Both the position numbers and the translations under genes were made by a program. Of a stretch of 64,000 nucleotides of DNA, positions 48,086 through 63,090 are shown piece by piece. The notes beneath the pieces were generated by a model. That model did not search any database. It worked only from the letters and a program-made list of their open reading frames with translations, and was not told the DNA's origin. Positions within the stretch are counted from its first letter, which is position 1. Every line of letters starts with the position of its first letter. The DNA comes from Eledone cirrhosa (lineage: Eukaryota), in contig OZ024742.1 in assembly GCA_964016885.1 (NCBI GenBank), positions 43,710,001-43,774,000 of the forward strand, written 5' to 3'.

Positions 48086-51000
48086 ATATGAAAAATGGAT
48101 CCCACAAATAAACAATGGATCACCCAAATAGCCTTCCCCAATAAAAAATATATCCCTCCACAACCCCCCCCCCCTCCCATAAAAAATGGATCCCACAAAT
48201 AAAAAAAATGGATCCTCAAAATAATAAAAATGATACCCCGAAATAAAAAATGGATCCCCCAAACAAAAAACAGACAACCACCCAAATATGTACGCCCCCC
48301 CCCCCTTCCAATAAAAAATGGATCTCCGAAATAGAAATTGGATCTCCGAAATAGAAAATGGATACCCTAAATAAAAAATGACCCCACCCCCAATAAAAAT
48401 AGAATCTACCAAATAAAAATCGATACCCCAAATAAAAAATGGATCCTCCAAATAAAAAAGGAACACCAACGAAATAAAAAAAAAAATGGATCCCACGAAT
48501 AAAAAATGGATCCCCTAAATAAAAGTGGATTCCCCAAATAAAAAATGGATACCTCAAATAAAAAATGGATCCCCCTAATAAAAAATGGATCCTCCCAGTA
48601 AAAAATGGAACCCCCAATAAAAATGGATCCCCGAATAAAAACTACCCCCAATAAAAAAAATAGATCCTCAAATAAAAGTTGGATCCCCCAAATGAAAAAT
48701 GGATCCCTCAAATAAAAAATGGATCTTCCAAATAGAAAATGGATACCCCAATAAAAAATGAATCCCCAAATAAAAACCGAACCCCTCGAATAAAAAAGGA
48801 AACTCCCAAATAACAAAGGGATCGACCCCCCACCCAAAAAAAAAATTGATACCGAAAATAAAAATCTGACCTCCAAATAAAAGCAGACTCCCCCCCAAAC
48901 ATGGATTCCCAAATTAAAAATTGACCCCTACCCAAATAAAAAATGGATCCCCCAAATATAAAATAGATCCCCCGAATAAAAAATAGATCTCACGAAAAAA
49001 TGGATCCTACAAATAATAAATGGATCTCACAAATGAAAAATGAATCCCTGAATGACCCGTCCCAATTAAAAACTGGAACCATCAAATGAAAATGGATCCA
49101 TCAAATAAAAAATGGATCCCTCCAGATAATGGATCCATCAAATAAAAATGGATACGCCAAATAGAAAATGGTTCGTCAAATAAAAAATGGATCCATCAAA
49201 TAAAAAATGGATCCATCAAATAGAAAATGGATAGTCCAAATAGAAAATGGATCGTCCCAATAAAAAATGAATACATCAAATAAAAAATGGATCACACAAA
49301 TAAAAAATGAATCCATCAAATAAAAAATGGATCCATCAAATAAAAGGGATAGCCCAAATAAAAAATAGATCGTCCAAATAAGAAATGGATCCACCAAATA
49401 AAAAATGGATCGAACAAGTAAATAATGGATCCATCCAATTAAAAATGGATCCATTAAGTAAAAAATGGATTCATCAATTTAAAAGTAGATCCATCTAATA
49501 AAAAATGAATTGCCCAAATAAAAAATGCATCCATCAAATAAAAAATGGCTTTCCCAAATAAAAAAAATGGATCCACCAAATAAAAAAATGATCACCCAAA
49601 TATAAAATGGATCCATCAAGTATAAAATGGATCCATTAAGTAAAAAATGGATAACTCAAATAAAAAATGGATCCATCAAATTGAAAATGGAAACCCCAAA
49701 TAAAAACGGATCCATGAAATAAAAAATGGAGCTATCAATTAAAAGATGGATCCATTTAATGGATTTAATGGATCGATTAAATAAAAAATGATCCATCCTA
49801 TAAAAAAACTGATCCATTAACTAAAAAATGGATAACCGAAATAAAAAAGGAATCTATCAAATAAAAAATAGATCCATTAAGTAAAAAATGGATCCATCAA
49901 ATAAAAAATGTATCCTTCAAATAAAAAAGGGATCCATCAAATAGAAAATGGATTTATCAAATAGAAAATGGATCCATGAAATAAAAAATGGATCCATCAA
50001 ATAGAAAATTAAAAAGGGATCCATCAAATAAAAATAATGGATGCAACAAATAAATAATGGATTCATCCAATTAAAAATCGATCCATCAAATAAAAATGGA
50101 TTGCCCGAATAAAAATTCATCACCCAAATAAAAAATGCATCCATCAACTAAAAAAATGCATCCATCAAATAAAAAATGGATCCATCAACTAAAAAATGGA
50201 TCCACCAATAAAAAATGGAGCACCCAAATAAATAATAGATCCCTCAAATAAAAAATGGATCCATCAAATATAAAATGGATCCATCAAATAAATAATGAAT
50301 CCACCAAATAAAAAATGGATCCACTAAATAAAAACTGGATCCAACAATTTTTTATTTGGGCAATCCATTTTTTATTTGGGTTATCCATGTTTTATTTGAT
50401 TGAGCCATTTTTTTATTTCGGTTATCCCTCTTTTACTTAATGTATCCATTTTTTTATTTGATGGATCAATTTTTTATTTTCTGGATCCGCTTTTTATTTG
50501 GGTTTTCCATTTTCAATTTGATGGATCCATTTTATATTTGGGTTACCCATTTTTTACTTAATGGAACCATTTTTTATTTGATGGATCCATTTTTTTCCAC
50601 AGTGACATGAAAGAAAGCTGAGACCATCAAGCTGAGACCATCAAGAACTGCTCATGCTTTTTCAAGTTGAATTTTAACGTCCTTTTCTGTGGGTGTCATG
50701 TTGCCTCCTAAGTATATGAAGGAATTCACAGATTTTAGTGTGTGTGGTGGGGTATTGTACTTATTGTTGTGGCTTGGTTATGAGGGGGGTTCTTAGGTCC
50801 TTCATTTTGTCAATTGAAGTGTGAGGTTACATAGACCAGAGATGATAAATCTTGCAAGTCACCTGCATTGATATTAAAGGAATCAGTGTCTCCATTGTTT
50901 GATAGTACTTTAACTATTGTGTTTTTATTGAGCATCATACTGTTTCTTGTAGTATTCCGCATTTAAGAAGAATTTGCTCTATTTTGCCTCAGTAGATAGC

Positions 51001-54000
51001 TGAGTGGCAGGTACAAGAGATTGAATAACTGTTCTTATACTTATTTAATTGATTGTTCTGGGATAAAAAATGCAGGATTTGAACACAACAAAGAAATTAT
51101 ATACTTGAAGGCATTTTAAGAAAAATATATAAATTTGAAAATGGTAGGCATCTTCTGATATTTTTCACCATGAACATTTAAAAGAAATGAGAGTTACAGG
51201 AAAGAGTAAAATATTGACATTTTTGTGGATCCATTTTTTATTTGATCGATCAGTTTTTATTTGGGCTTTCCATTTTTATTTCGTGGATCCATTTTATATT
51301 TGGGTTTCTCATTTTTTATTTGATGGGTTCATCTTTTATTTGGGTTTTTCATTTTTTATTTGATAGGTCCATTTTATGGATGGATCCATTTTTTATTTGA
51401 TGGATCCATTTTTTAGTTGATGGATCTATTTTTTATTTGGGTTTTCCATTTGTTATTTGATGGATCCATTTTTTATTTGATGGAACAGTTTTTTGGGTTT
51501 TCCAATTTTTATTTCATGGATCCATTTTATATTTGGGTTATCCATTTTTTACTTAATGGAATCATTTTTTATTTGATGGATCCATTTTTATTTCATGGAT
51601 CCAATTTTTTTATTGATGGATGTACTTTTTATTTGATGGATCCATTTTTTATTCGATGGATCAATTTTTATTTGATCGATCCATTTTTTATTCGATGCAT
51701 CCGTTTTTTATTTGGGCAATCCATTTTTTTATTTTGGCAATCCATTTTTGATTTGGGTTTTCCATTTTTTATTTGATGGATCCATTTTTTATTTGATCGA
51801 TCAGTTTTTATTTGGTTTTTCAATTTTTGATTTCATGGATCCATTTTATATTTGGGTTATCCATTTTTTACTTAATGGAACCATTTTTTATTTCATGGAT
51901 CCATTTTTTATTTCATGGATCCAATTTTTTAATTGATGGATCTATTTTTTTATTTGATGAACAATTTTTTAATTTGATGGATCGATTTTTTTATTTGGGT
52001 TATCCATTTTTTACTTAATGGAACAATTTTTTATTTCATGAATCTATTTTTTATTTGATGAATCCATTTTTTTATTTGATGCATCCGATTTTTATTTGGG
52101 CAATCCATTTTTTATTTGATGGATCTATTTTTTATTTGCTGGATCGATTTTTCATTTTTGTTTCTGATTTTTTACTTAATGGATCCATTGTTTAATTGAT
52201 GGGTCCATCGTTTATTTGGCAATCCATTTGGCAATCTTTTTTATTTGATGGGTCCATTTTTTATTTGATGGATCCATTTTTTAATTGATGAATCCATTTT
52301 ATATTTGATGGGCCCATCTTTTATTTGGGTTTTCCATTTTTTAATTGATGGATCCATTTTTTATTTAGGTTTCCCATTTTTTTAATGGATCCATTTTTTA
52401 TTTGATGTCTACATTTTTTCTTTGATGGGTCCAATTTTTATTTGGGTTTTCCATTCTTTATTTGATGGATCCATATTTTATTTGGGTTTCCATTTTTTAT
52501 TTCATGGATCCATTTTATATAAGGGTTATCCATTTTTTACTTAATGGAACCATTTTATATTTGATCGATCCATTTTTTAATTGGTGGATCCAATTTTTAT
52601 TTGTTTTTTTATTTCGGTTATCCTTTTTTACTTAATGGATCCATTTGTTTGATCTATTTTTATTTGATGGCTACATTTTGTATTTGATGAATCCATTTTT
52701 TAATTGATGGGTCCATCTTTTATTTTGGTTTTCCATTTTTTAATTGATGGATCCATTTTTTATTTAGGTTTCCCATTTTTTTAATGGATCCATTTTTTAA
52801 TTGCTGGATCCATTTTTTATTTGATGGATCCGTTTTTATTTGATGGATGCAGTTTTTATTTGGGTTATCCATTTTTTATTTGATGGATCTTTTTTTATTT
52901 CGGTTATCCATTTTTTACTTAATGGATCCATTTGATTGATCCATTTTTTATTTGATGGATCTATTTTTTTATTTGATGGATCTAATTTTTATTTGGGCTA
53001 TTAATTTTTTATTTGGGTTATCCAATTTATATTTGATGGATCAATTTTTTATTTGATGGATCCATTTTTTACTTGATGGATCCTATTTTTATTTTATGGG
53101 TCTATTTTTTATTTGGGCTATCCATTTTTCATTTGGGTTATCCATATGTTATTTCGTGGACCTATTTTGTGGGTCCACGGGTCCATTATTTGTTTGGGCG
53201 ATCCATTTTTTATTTGATGGATCCATTTTTTATTTGGGCGATATATTTTTATTTGATAGATCCATTTTTATTTGATGGATCCAGTTTTTATTTTATGGAT
53301 CTTTTTTATTTCGGTTATCCATTTTTTACTTAATGGATCCTTTGATTGATATATTTTTTATTTGATTGCTACATTTTTTATTTGATGAATCCATTTTTTA
53401 ATTGATGAGTCCATCTTTTATTTTGGTTTTCCATTTTTTAATTGATGGATCCATTTTTTATTTAGGTTTCCCATTAATGGATCAATTTTTTATTTGATGT
53501 CTACATTTGTTCTTTGATGGGTTCATTTTATATTCGATAGATCTATTTATTATTGTTTGGATTAATTTTTATTTGATGGGTTCAATTTTTATTTGAGTTT
53601 TCCATTCTTTATTTGATGCATCCATTTTTTATTTGATGGATCAGTTTTTATTTGGTTAATCCATATTTTATTTCATGGATCCATTTTATATTTGGGTTAT
53701 CGATTTTTTACTTAATGGAACTATTTTATATTTGATGGATCCATTTTTTAATTGCTAGATCCAATTTTCATTTAGGCGATCTATTTTTTATTTGGTTTAT
53801 CCACTTTTTATTTGATGGATCCGTTTTTATTTGATGGATCCAGTTTTTATTTGGGTTATCCATTTTTATTTGATGGATCTTTTTTTTATTTCGGTTATCT
53901 ATTTTCTTACTTAATTGACCCATTTGATTGATCCATTTTTTATTTGATGGCTACATTTTTTATTTGATGAATCCATTTTTTATTTGATGGGTCCATCTTT

Positions 54001-57000
54001 TATTTGGCTTTTCCATTTTTCATTTGATGGATCTATTTTTTATTTGATGAATCAGTTTTTATTTGGTTTTTCCATTTTTTATTTCATTGATCCATTTTAT
54101 ATTTGGGTTATCCATTTTTTACTTAATGGAACCGTTTTATATTTGATGGATCCATTTTTTAATTGCTGGATCTATTTTTTATTTGATGGATCCATATTTA
54201 TTTGTGTTTCCCCTTTTTACTTAATGGATCCATTTTTTATTTGATGGGTCCATCTTCGATTTGGGTCTTCCATTTTTTATTTGGCGTATCCATGTTATAT
54301 TTGATAGGTCCATTTTATATTTGGTGGATCCATTTTTTATTTGATGCGTCCATTTTTATTTGATGGATCCATTGTTTATTTGATGGATCAGTTTTTATTT
54401 GGTTTTTCCATTTTATATTTGGGTTATCCATTTTTTACTTAATGGAACCGTTTTATATTTGATTGGTCTATTTTTTAATTGCTGGATCCCTTTTTTATTT
54501 GATGGATCCATTTTTTATTTGATGGATCTATTTTTTATTTGATGGATACATTTTTTAGCTGATGGATCCATATTTTATTTGGGTTTCCCATGTTTTACTT
54601 AATTGATACATTTTTTATTTGATGGGTCCATCTTTTATTTGGGTCTTCCATTTTTTATTTGGGGTATCGATGTTATATTTTATGGATCCATTTTTATTTG
54701 ATGGATCGATTTTTTATTTGGGTTTCCATTTTTTATTTAATGGATCCATATTTTATTTGATGGATTCATTTTTTATTTGATGGCTACATTTTATATTTGA
54801 TGGATCTATTTTTGTTTCGATGTATCCATTTTTTTTATTTGATGGGTCCATCTTTTATTGGGTTTTCCATTTTTTATTTGATGGGTCCATTTTATATTTG
54901 ATGGATCCATTTATTAATTTTTGGATCCATTTTTTATTTGAGTTTCCCATTTTTTATTTCATGGATCCATTTTATATTTTGGTTATCTATTTTTTACTTA
55001 ATAGAACCATTTTTTCTTTGATGGATCCATTTTTTATTTGCTGGATCTAATTTTTATTTGATGGATCCATTTTTTATTTGGGGTATCCATTTTTTATTTG
55101 GCAAATCCATTTTTTATTTGGGGTATCCATATTTTATTTGATAGATCCTTTTTTATTTGATGGATCCATTTTTTATTTGATGTGTCCACTTTCTATTTGG
55201 GCGATCCATTTTTTATTTGATGGATCCTTTTTTATTTGGGCGATCCATTTTTTATTTGATAGATCCATTTTTTATTTGGGCAATCCATTTTTATTTGGGT
55301 TATCCATTTTTTATTTGATGGATCCTTTTTTTATTTGATGGAACCATTTTCTATTTGGGTTATCCATTTTTTATTTGATAGATCTATTTTTTATTTTGGT
55401 TATCCATTTTTTACTTAATGGATCCATTTTTTCTTTGATGGATCCATTTCTTATTTGATGGCTACATTTTTTATTTGATTAATTTTTTATTTGGGTTTTC
55501 CATTTTTTAATTGATGGATCTATTTTTTATTTGATTGATCCATTTTTTATTTGGATTTTCCATTTTTTATTTGATGGATCAGTTTTTATTTGGGCTTTCC
55601 ATTTTTTATTTCATGGATCCATTTTATATTTGGGTTATCTATTTTTTACTGAATGGAACCATTTTTTCTTTGGTGGATCTATTTTTTATTTGCTGAATCC
55701 ATTTTTTTATTTCATGGATCTATTTTTTATTTTGGCTTTCCATTTTTTACTTAATTGATCCATTTTTTATTTGATGGATCCATTTTTTATTTGATGGGTC
55801 CAATTTTTATTTGGGTTTTCCATTCTTTATTTGATGGATCCATATTTTATTTGGGTTTCCATTTTTTATTTCATGGATCCATTTTATATAAGGGTTATCC
55901 ATTTTTTACTTAATGGAACCATTTTATATTTGATCGATCCATTTTTTAATTGGTGGATCCAATTTTTATTTGTTTTTTTATTTCGGTTATCCTTTTTTAC
56001 TTAATGGATCCATTTGTTTGATCTATTTTTATTTGATGGCTACATTTTGTATTTGATGAATCCATTTTTTAATTGATGGGTCCATCTTTTATTTTGGTTT
56101 TCCATTTTTTAATTGATGGATCCATTTTTTATTTAGGTTTCCCATTTTTTTAATGGATCCATTTTTTAATTGCTGGATCCATTTTTTATTTGATGGATCC
56201 GTTTTTATTTGATGGATGCAGTTTTTATTTGGGTTATCCATTTTTTATTTGATGGATCTTTTTTTATTTCGGTTATCCATTTTTTACTTAATGGATCCAT
56301 TTGATTGATCCATTTTTTATTTGATGGATCTATTTTTTTATTTGATGGATCTAATTTTTATTTGGGCTATTAATTTTTTATTTGGGTTATCCAATTTATA
56401 TTTGATGGATCAATTTTTTATTTGATGGATCCATTTTTTACTTGATGGATCCTATTTTTATTTTATGGGTCTATTTTTTATTTGGGCTATCCATTTTTCA
56501 TTTGGGTTATCCATATGTTATTTCGTGGACCTATTTTGTGGGTCCACGGGTCCATTATTTGTTTGGGCGATCCATTTTTTATTTGATGGATCCATTTTTT
56601 ATTTGGGCGATATATTTTTATTTGATAGATCCATTTTTATTTGATGGATCCAGTTTTTATTTTATGGATCTTTTTTATTTCGGTTATCCATTTTTTACTT
56701 AATGGATCCTTTGATTGATATATTTTTTATTTGATTGCTACATTTTTTATTTGATGAATCCATTTTTTAATTGATGAGTCCATCTTTTATTTTGGTTTTC
56801 CATTTTTTAATTGATGGATCCATTTTTTATTTAGGTTTCCCATTAATGGATCAATTTTTTATTTGATGTCTACATTTGTTCTTTGATGGGTTCATTTTAT
56901 ATTCGATAGATCTATTTATTATTGTTTGGATTAATTTTTATTTGATGGGTTCAATTTTTATTTGAGTTTTCCATTCTTTATTTGATGCATCCATTTTTTA

Positions 57001-60000
57001 TTTGATGGATCAGTTTTTATTTGGTTAATCCATATTTTATTTCATGGATCCATTTTATATTTGGGTTATCGATTTTTTACTTAATGGAACTATTTTATAT
57101 TTGATGGATCCATTTTTTAATTGCTAGATCCAATTTTCATTTAGGCGATCTATTTTTTATTTGGTTTATCCACTTTTTATTTGATGGATCCGTTTTTATT
57201 TGATGGATCCAGTTTTTATTTGGGTTATCCATTTTTATTTGATGGATCTTTTTTTTATTTCGGTTATCTATTTTCTTACTTAATTGACCCATTTGATTGA
57301 TCCATTTTTTATTTGATGGCTACATTTTTTATTTGATGAATCCATTTTTTATTTGATGGGTCCATCTTTTATTTGGCTTTTCCATTTTTCATTTGATGGA
57401 TCTATTTTTTATTTGATGAATCAGTTTTTATTTGGTTTTTCCATTTTTTATTTCATTGATCCATTTTATATTTGGGTTATCCATTTTTTACTTAATGGAA
57501 CCGTTTTATATTTGATGGATCCATTTTTTAATTGCTGGATCTATTTTTTATTTGATGGATCCATATTTATTTGTGTTTCCCCTTTTTACTTAATGGATCC
57601 ATTTTTTATTTGATGGGTCCATCTTCGATTTGGGTCTTCCATTTTTTATTTGGCGTATCCATGTTATATTTGATAGGTCCATTTTATATTTGGTGGATCC
57701 ATTTTTTATTTGATGCGTCCATTTTTATTTGATGGATCCATTGTTTATTTGATGGATCAGTTTTTATTTGGTTTTTCCATTTTATATTTGGGTTATCCAT
57801 TTTTTACTTAATGGAACCGTTTTATATTTGATTGGTCTATTTTTTAATTGCTGGATCCCTTTTTTATTTGATGGATCCATTTTTTATTTGATGGATCTAT
57901 TTTTTATTTGATGGATACATTTTTTAGCTGATGGATCCATATTTTATTTGGGTTTCCCATGTTTTACTTAATTGATACATTTTTTATTTGATGGGTCCAT
58001 CTTTTATTTGGGTCTTCCATTTTTTATTTGGGGTATCGATGTTATATTTTATGGATCCATTTTTATTTGATGGATCGATTTTTTATTTGGGTTTCCATTT
58101 TTTATTTAATGGATCCATATTTTATTTGATGGATTCATTTTTTATTTGATGGCTACATTTTATATTTGATGGATCTATTTTTGTTTCGATGTATCCATTT
58201 TTTTTATTTGATGGGTCCATCTTTTATTGGGTTTTCCATTTTTTATTTGATGGGTCCATTTTATATTTGATGGATCCATTTATTAATTTTTGGATCCATT
58301 TTTTATTTGAGTTTCCCATTTTTTATTTCATGGATCCATTTTATATTTTGGTTATCTATTTTTTACTTAATAGAACCATTTTTTCTTTGATGGATCCATT
58401 TTTTATTTGCTGGATCTAATTTTTATTTGATGGATCCATTTTTTATTTGGGGTATCCATTTTTTATTTGGCAAATCCATTTTTTATTTGGGGTATCCATA
58501 TTTTATTTGATAGATCCTTTTTTATTTGATGGATCCATTTTTTATTTGATGTGTCCACTTTCTATTTGGGCGATCCATTTTTTATTTGATGGATCCTTTT
58601 TTATTTGGGCGATCCATTTTTTATTTGATAGATCCATTTTTTATTTGGGCAATCCATTTTTATTTGGGTTATCCATTTTTTATTTGATGGATCCTTTTTT
58701 TATTTGATGGAACCATTTTCTATTTGGGTTATCCATTTTTTATTTGATAGATCTATTTTTTATTTTGGTTATCCATTTTTTACTTAATGGATCCATTTTT
58801 TCTTTGATGGATCCATTTCTTATTTGATGGCTACATTTTTTATTTGATTAATTTTTTATTTGGGTTTTCCATTTTTTAATTGATGGATCTATTTTTTATT
58901 TGATTGATCCATTTTTTATTTGGATTTTCCATTTTTTATTTGATGGATCAGTTTTTATTTGGGCTTTCCATTTTTTATTTCATGGATCCATTTTATATTT
59001 GGGTTATCTATTTTTTACTGAATGGAACCATTTTTTCTTTGGTGGATCTATTTTTTATTTGCTGAATCCATTTTTTTATTTCATGGATCTATTTTTTATT
59101 TTGGCTTTCCATTTTTTACTTAATTGATCCATTTTTTATTTGATGGATCCATTTTTTATTTGATGGCTTCATTTTTTATTTGATGAATTTTTTATTTGGG
59201 TTTTCCATTTTTTTTATTGATGGACCCATTTTTTATTTGGGTTTCCCATTTTTTGTTTAATGGGTCTATATTTTATTTGATGGACCCATCTTTTATTTGG
59301 GTTTCCCATTTTTTGTTTAATGGGTCTATATTTTATTTGATGGATCAATTTTTAATTTGATGGCTACATTTTTTCTTTGATGGACCCTTTTTTAATTTGA
59401 TGGATCCATGTTTGATTTGATGAATCCTTTTTTTATCTGATAACCCAATTGATAACCCAAATAAAATTTTATATTTGATGGATCCATTTATTAATTTTTG
59501 GATTAATTTTTTATTTGATGGATCAAATTATATTTGGGTTATGCATTTTTTACTCAATGGAACCATTTTTTATTTGATAATCCATCAAATATAGATAGAA
59601 AATAGATCCATCATATAAAAAAATGGATCCATCAAATAAAAAATTGATCCATGAAATAAAATATGGTTCCATTAAGTAAAAAATGGATAACCCAAATATA
59701 AAATGGATCCATGAAATAAAAAATGGAAATCCCAAATAAAAATTGATCCATCAAATCAAAAATAGATCCATCAAATCAAAAATAGATCCATCAAATAAAA
59801 AAATGGAAAACCCAAATATAAATGGATCCATCACATACAAAATGGATCCATCAAATAGAAAATAGATTTATCAAATAAAAAAATTGATAACCCAAATAAA
59901 AAATGGATCCATCAAATTGAAAATGGAAAATCCAAATAAAAAATGAATACTTGAAATAAAAAATGGATCCCTCCAGAACAAATAGATGCATCAAATAAAT

Positions 60001-60385
60001 AAATTGAAAATGGAAAATCCAAATAAAAAATGGATACATGAAATAAAAAATGGATCCCTCCAGAACAAATGGATCCATCAAATAGAAAATAGATAGCCCA
60101 ACTAAAAAAATGGATCCATCAAATAAAAAATGGATGCAACAAATAAATAATGGATCCATCCAATTAAAAATCGATCCATCAAATTATTTTTTATTTGAGG
60201 GATCTATTTTTTATTTTGGTTATCCCTTTTTTACTTAATGGATCCAATTTTTATTTGATGGATCCATTTTTTATTTGATGGCTACATTTTTTATTTGATG
60301 AATCCATTTTTTATTTGATGGGTCCTTCTTTTATTTGGGTTTTCCATTTTTTAATTGATGGATCCATTTTTTATTTGGGTTTCCC
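48086..60385. repeat. ~20-bp A-tract/GGATCC satellite with orientation switches and a 3369-bp duplication
   Basis: Unit aaataaaaaatggatccatc. A-rich at 48086-50345 and ~59576-60183, T-rich elsewhere. 52421-55789 is repeated at 55790-59158. Confidence 0.95.
50598..51225 (-). mobile_element. Non-satellite island containing a degenerate RTE RT fragment
   Basis: Minus translation pieces KIEQILL, NKNTIVKVLSNNGDTDSFNINAG.LQ, LKSVNSFIYLGG...EKDVKI. Confidence 0.6.
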
Positions 60386-60389
60386 AACA

Positions 60390-62331
60390 TTTCTATCTCA
60401 CCTGTGATCCTCTACGTGGTTGCCCCTATTTAGCTGATATTTGGACCCTCAAGTGGTTTCACATATTTAGTTGCTATCTCTAGCAAATATATTATTGTTC
60501 AACCTATTTGTCTACTATCACTAGCACACTTATGAACCACCATAAGGTTCACTTTGTTTAGCTGTTGTAGCTACTATTTCTAGCACAACTATGGACCACC
60601 AGGAGGATCCACTTTTTTAGCAGCTATTTCTAGCACATCTATAGACCCCCTATTTAGCTGCTATTCGTAGCACACCTATGGACCACAATGTATTCCCCCT
60701 ATTTAGTTGCTATTTCTAGCAAACCTATGGACCACTATGTGGTTCATCCTATTTCAATGCTAATTCTATCACACCTCTGGACCACCATGATGTTCCCCCT
60801 ATTTAGCTGCTATTTCTAGCGCACCTATAGACCACCTAAAGGTTCCCACTATTTAGCTGCAATTTCTAGTATACCCTTGGACCACCATGAGGTTTTACAC
60901 TATTTAGCTGCTATTTCTAGCACACCTATGGACCACCATGAGGTTCCAATTTTTTAGCTGCTGTTTCTAGCATATTTTGGACCACTATATGGTGCCCCCT
61001 ATTTATCTGCTATTTCTAACATCCCTATAGACTACCATGATGTTCCCCTTATTTTGCTGCTATTTCTAACACACGTAAGGGCTATCATGATATTCCCTCT
61101 TTTTAGCTGCTATTTCTAGCATACCTTTCGACCACCATGAGGTTCACCCTATTTAACTGCTATTTCTAGCCCATACATGGACCACCATGATGTTCACCCT
61201 TTTTAGCTGCTCTTTCTAACACACTTATGGACCAATTTGAGGTTTTCACTATTTAACTTCTCTTTCTAGCACACCTATCGATCACCATAAAGTTCCCCTT
61301 TTTAACTGCTATTTCTAGCACAATAATGGATTGTCACGAGTTTTCCCCCTCTTTAGCTGATGTAGCTATTTAGCTTCAGTTGCAATTTCTAGCACACTTA
61401 TGGACCACCAAGAAGTTTTCCTCTCATTTAGTTGCTACTTCCAGTACACCTATTGACCACTGTGTGGTTTAACCTATTTACCGGCTTTTTCTAGCACACC
61501 TACGGACCACAATGAGGTTCCCCTTGTTTAGCTAATGTAGCTACTATTTCTAGACACCTTCGACCACCATGAGGTTCTTCCTATTTAGCTGCTATTTCTA
61601 GCACATCTATGGACCATCATGAGGTTCCAACTACTTAATTGCTATTTCGAGCACACCTATTGACCACCATGAGGGTCCTCTATTTAGCTGCTATTTCTAG
61701 CACACCTGTAGACCACCATAGGTACCCCTATTTAGCTGCTATTTTTAGCACGTTTATGGGCCACCGTCAGTTCAAACATTTTTAGCTGCTATTTCTAGCA
61801 CACTTATGAACCACCATGATGTTCCCCCTATTCAGCTGCTTTTTCTAGCAATCCTATGTACCACCATGTGGTTCCCCCATTTAGCTGCTCTTTCTAGCAC
61901 ACCTATGGACCACCATAATGTCCCCCTTTTTCAGTTGCCATTTCTGGCACAACTATGGATCCCCATGAGGTTCCCCATGTTTAGCTGATGTACCTGCTAT
62001 TTCTAGCACACCATGAACCAATATTAATTTCCTCTATTTAGCTGCTATTTCTAGCACATCTTTGGACTACTATGAGCTTCCCCAATTTAGCTGCTATTTC
62101 TAGCACACTTCTAGACCCCCATGTGTTTCTCCCTATTTAACTGCTATTTCTAGCACACCTGTGGACCACCATATGGTTCGCCCTATTTAGCTGCTATTTC
62201 TAGCAAACCTATGGACTATCATGAGGTTCCCTTTATTTAGCTGCTATTTCTAGCACACTATGGACCACCATGTGGTTCTTTCTATTTACCTGCTATTTCT
62301 AGCATAATTATGGACTACCATGGAGTTCCCC
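60390..62331. repeat. ~50-bp diverged satellite, right block (same orientation as the left block)
   Basis: Same consensus as 46060-48085. Confidence 0.93.
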
Positions 62332-62394
62332 ATATATATATATACACGCACATATAATACGCACACAGACACCACCTTCTCTCACACATATATA

Positions 62395-62472
62395 TAGGGT
62401 GTCCCCTAAAAATGTATACATACTTCAACAGCATTCTAATCAAAGTGTGTACATTTTTCGGGTGACACCCTG
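62395..62472. mobile_element. Tc1/mariner-like mini-MITE
   Basis: TIRs tagggtgtcccctaaaaatgtatac / gtgtacatttttcgggtgacaccctg, flanked by TA. Confidence 0.75.
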
Positions 62473-63090
62473 TATATATGCATACTTATATTAACCATTC
62501 ATAGAAAATTATTATCCCCATTTTGTTTATAATATAACATGACGACGACTAGATATATAGGTTCACTTGATATAATCTTAGGTTGGAACAGCTGTTTTCT
62601 TATAAACAGTACTTTATGACATAGGGGACATGGCTTCAATTTTTGGAAGGTGAGTATTGAAGTTAAGTGTATAAACCCCAATGTTTGACTGGTATTTATT
62701 TTATTGACAGCCACTTATACCAAACAATGTCATATGACTTATGGGAATGAGGCGTTGGAGATAAATATGTATTGAAATCTGTCCACATCTGGACCCCTGG
62801 GTCACATTTAACGATTATTTTCTGGGTGATCTCCTTTTGGGCGTCAACAGGTCAGCCTTAGGTTCTCAAGTCTTGAGACAGAGGAAGCAACATGGATAAA
62901 TAGCCTGCCTTAGATCAACCAGGCAGCAGTTCAGAATAGTTCTTGATAGAGTAAACATGTAAACAGACCCTACAGACCCCTTAGGGCCTTACAGACTCTT
63001 ACTTTCTGTTACTCTCTCCCTTTCACTCAATCTCTATATCTTGGTCTCTCTCTTAACCAAGCCAGTGAAGTTCATGAAGTTTTCTTGGTA

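Noticed and set aside
48059-60159. Phe/Ile-rich membrane-protein-like ORFs
   Set aside because: Translations of the 20-bp T-rich satellite.
46060-62331. CRISPR-like repeat/spacer appearance
   Set aside because: The variable parts are mutated versions of one unit, not unique spacers; no cas genes; eukaryotic context.
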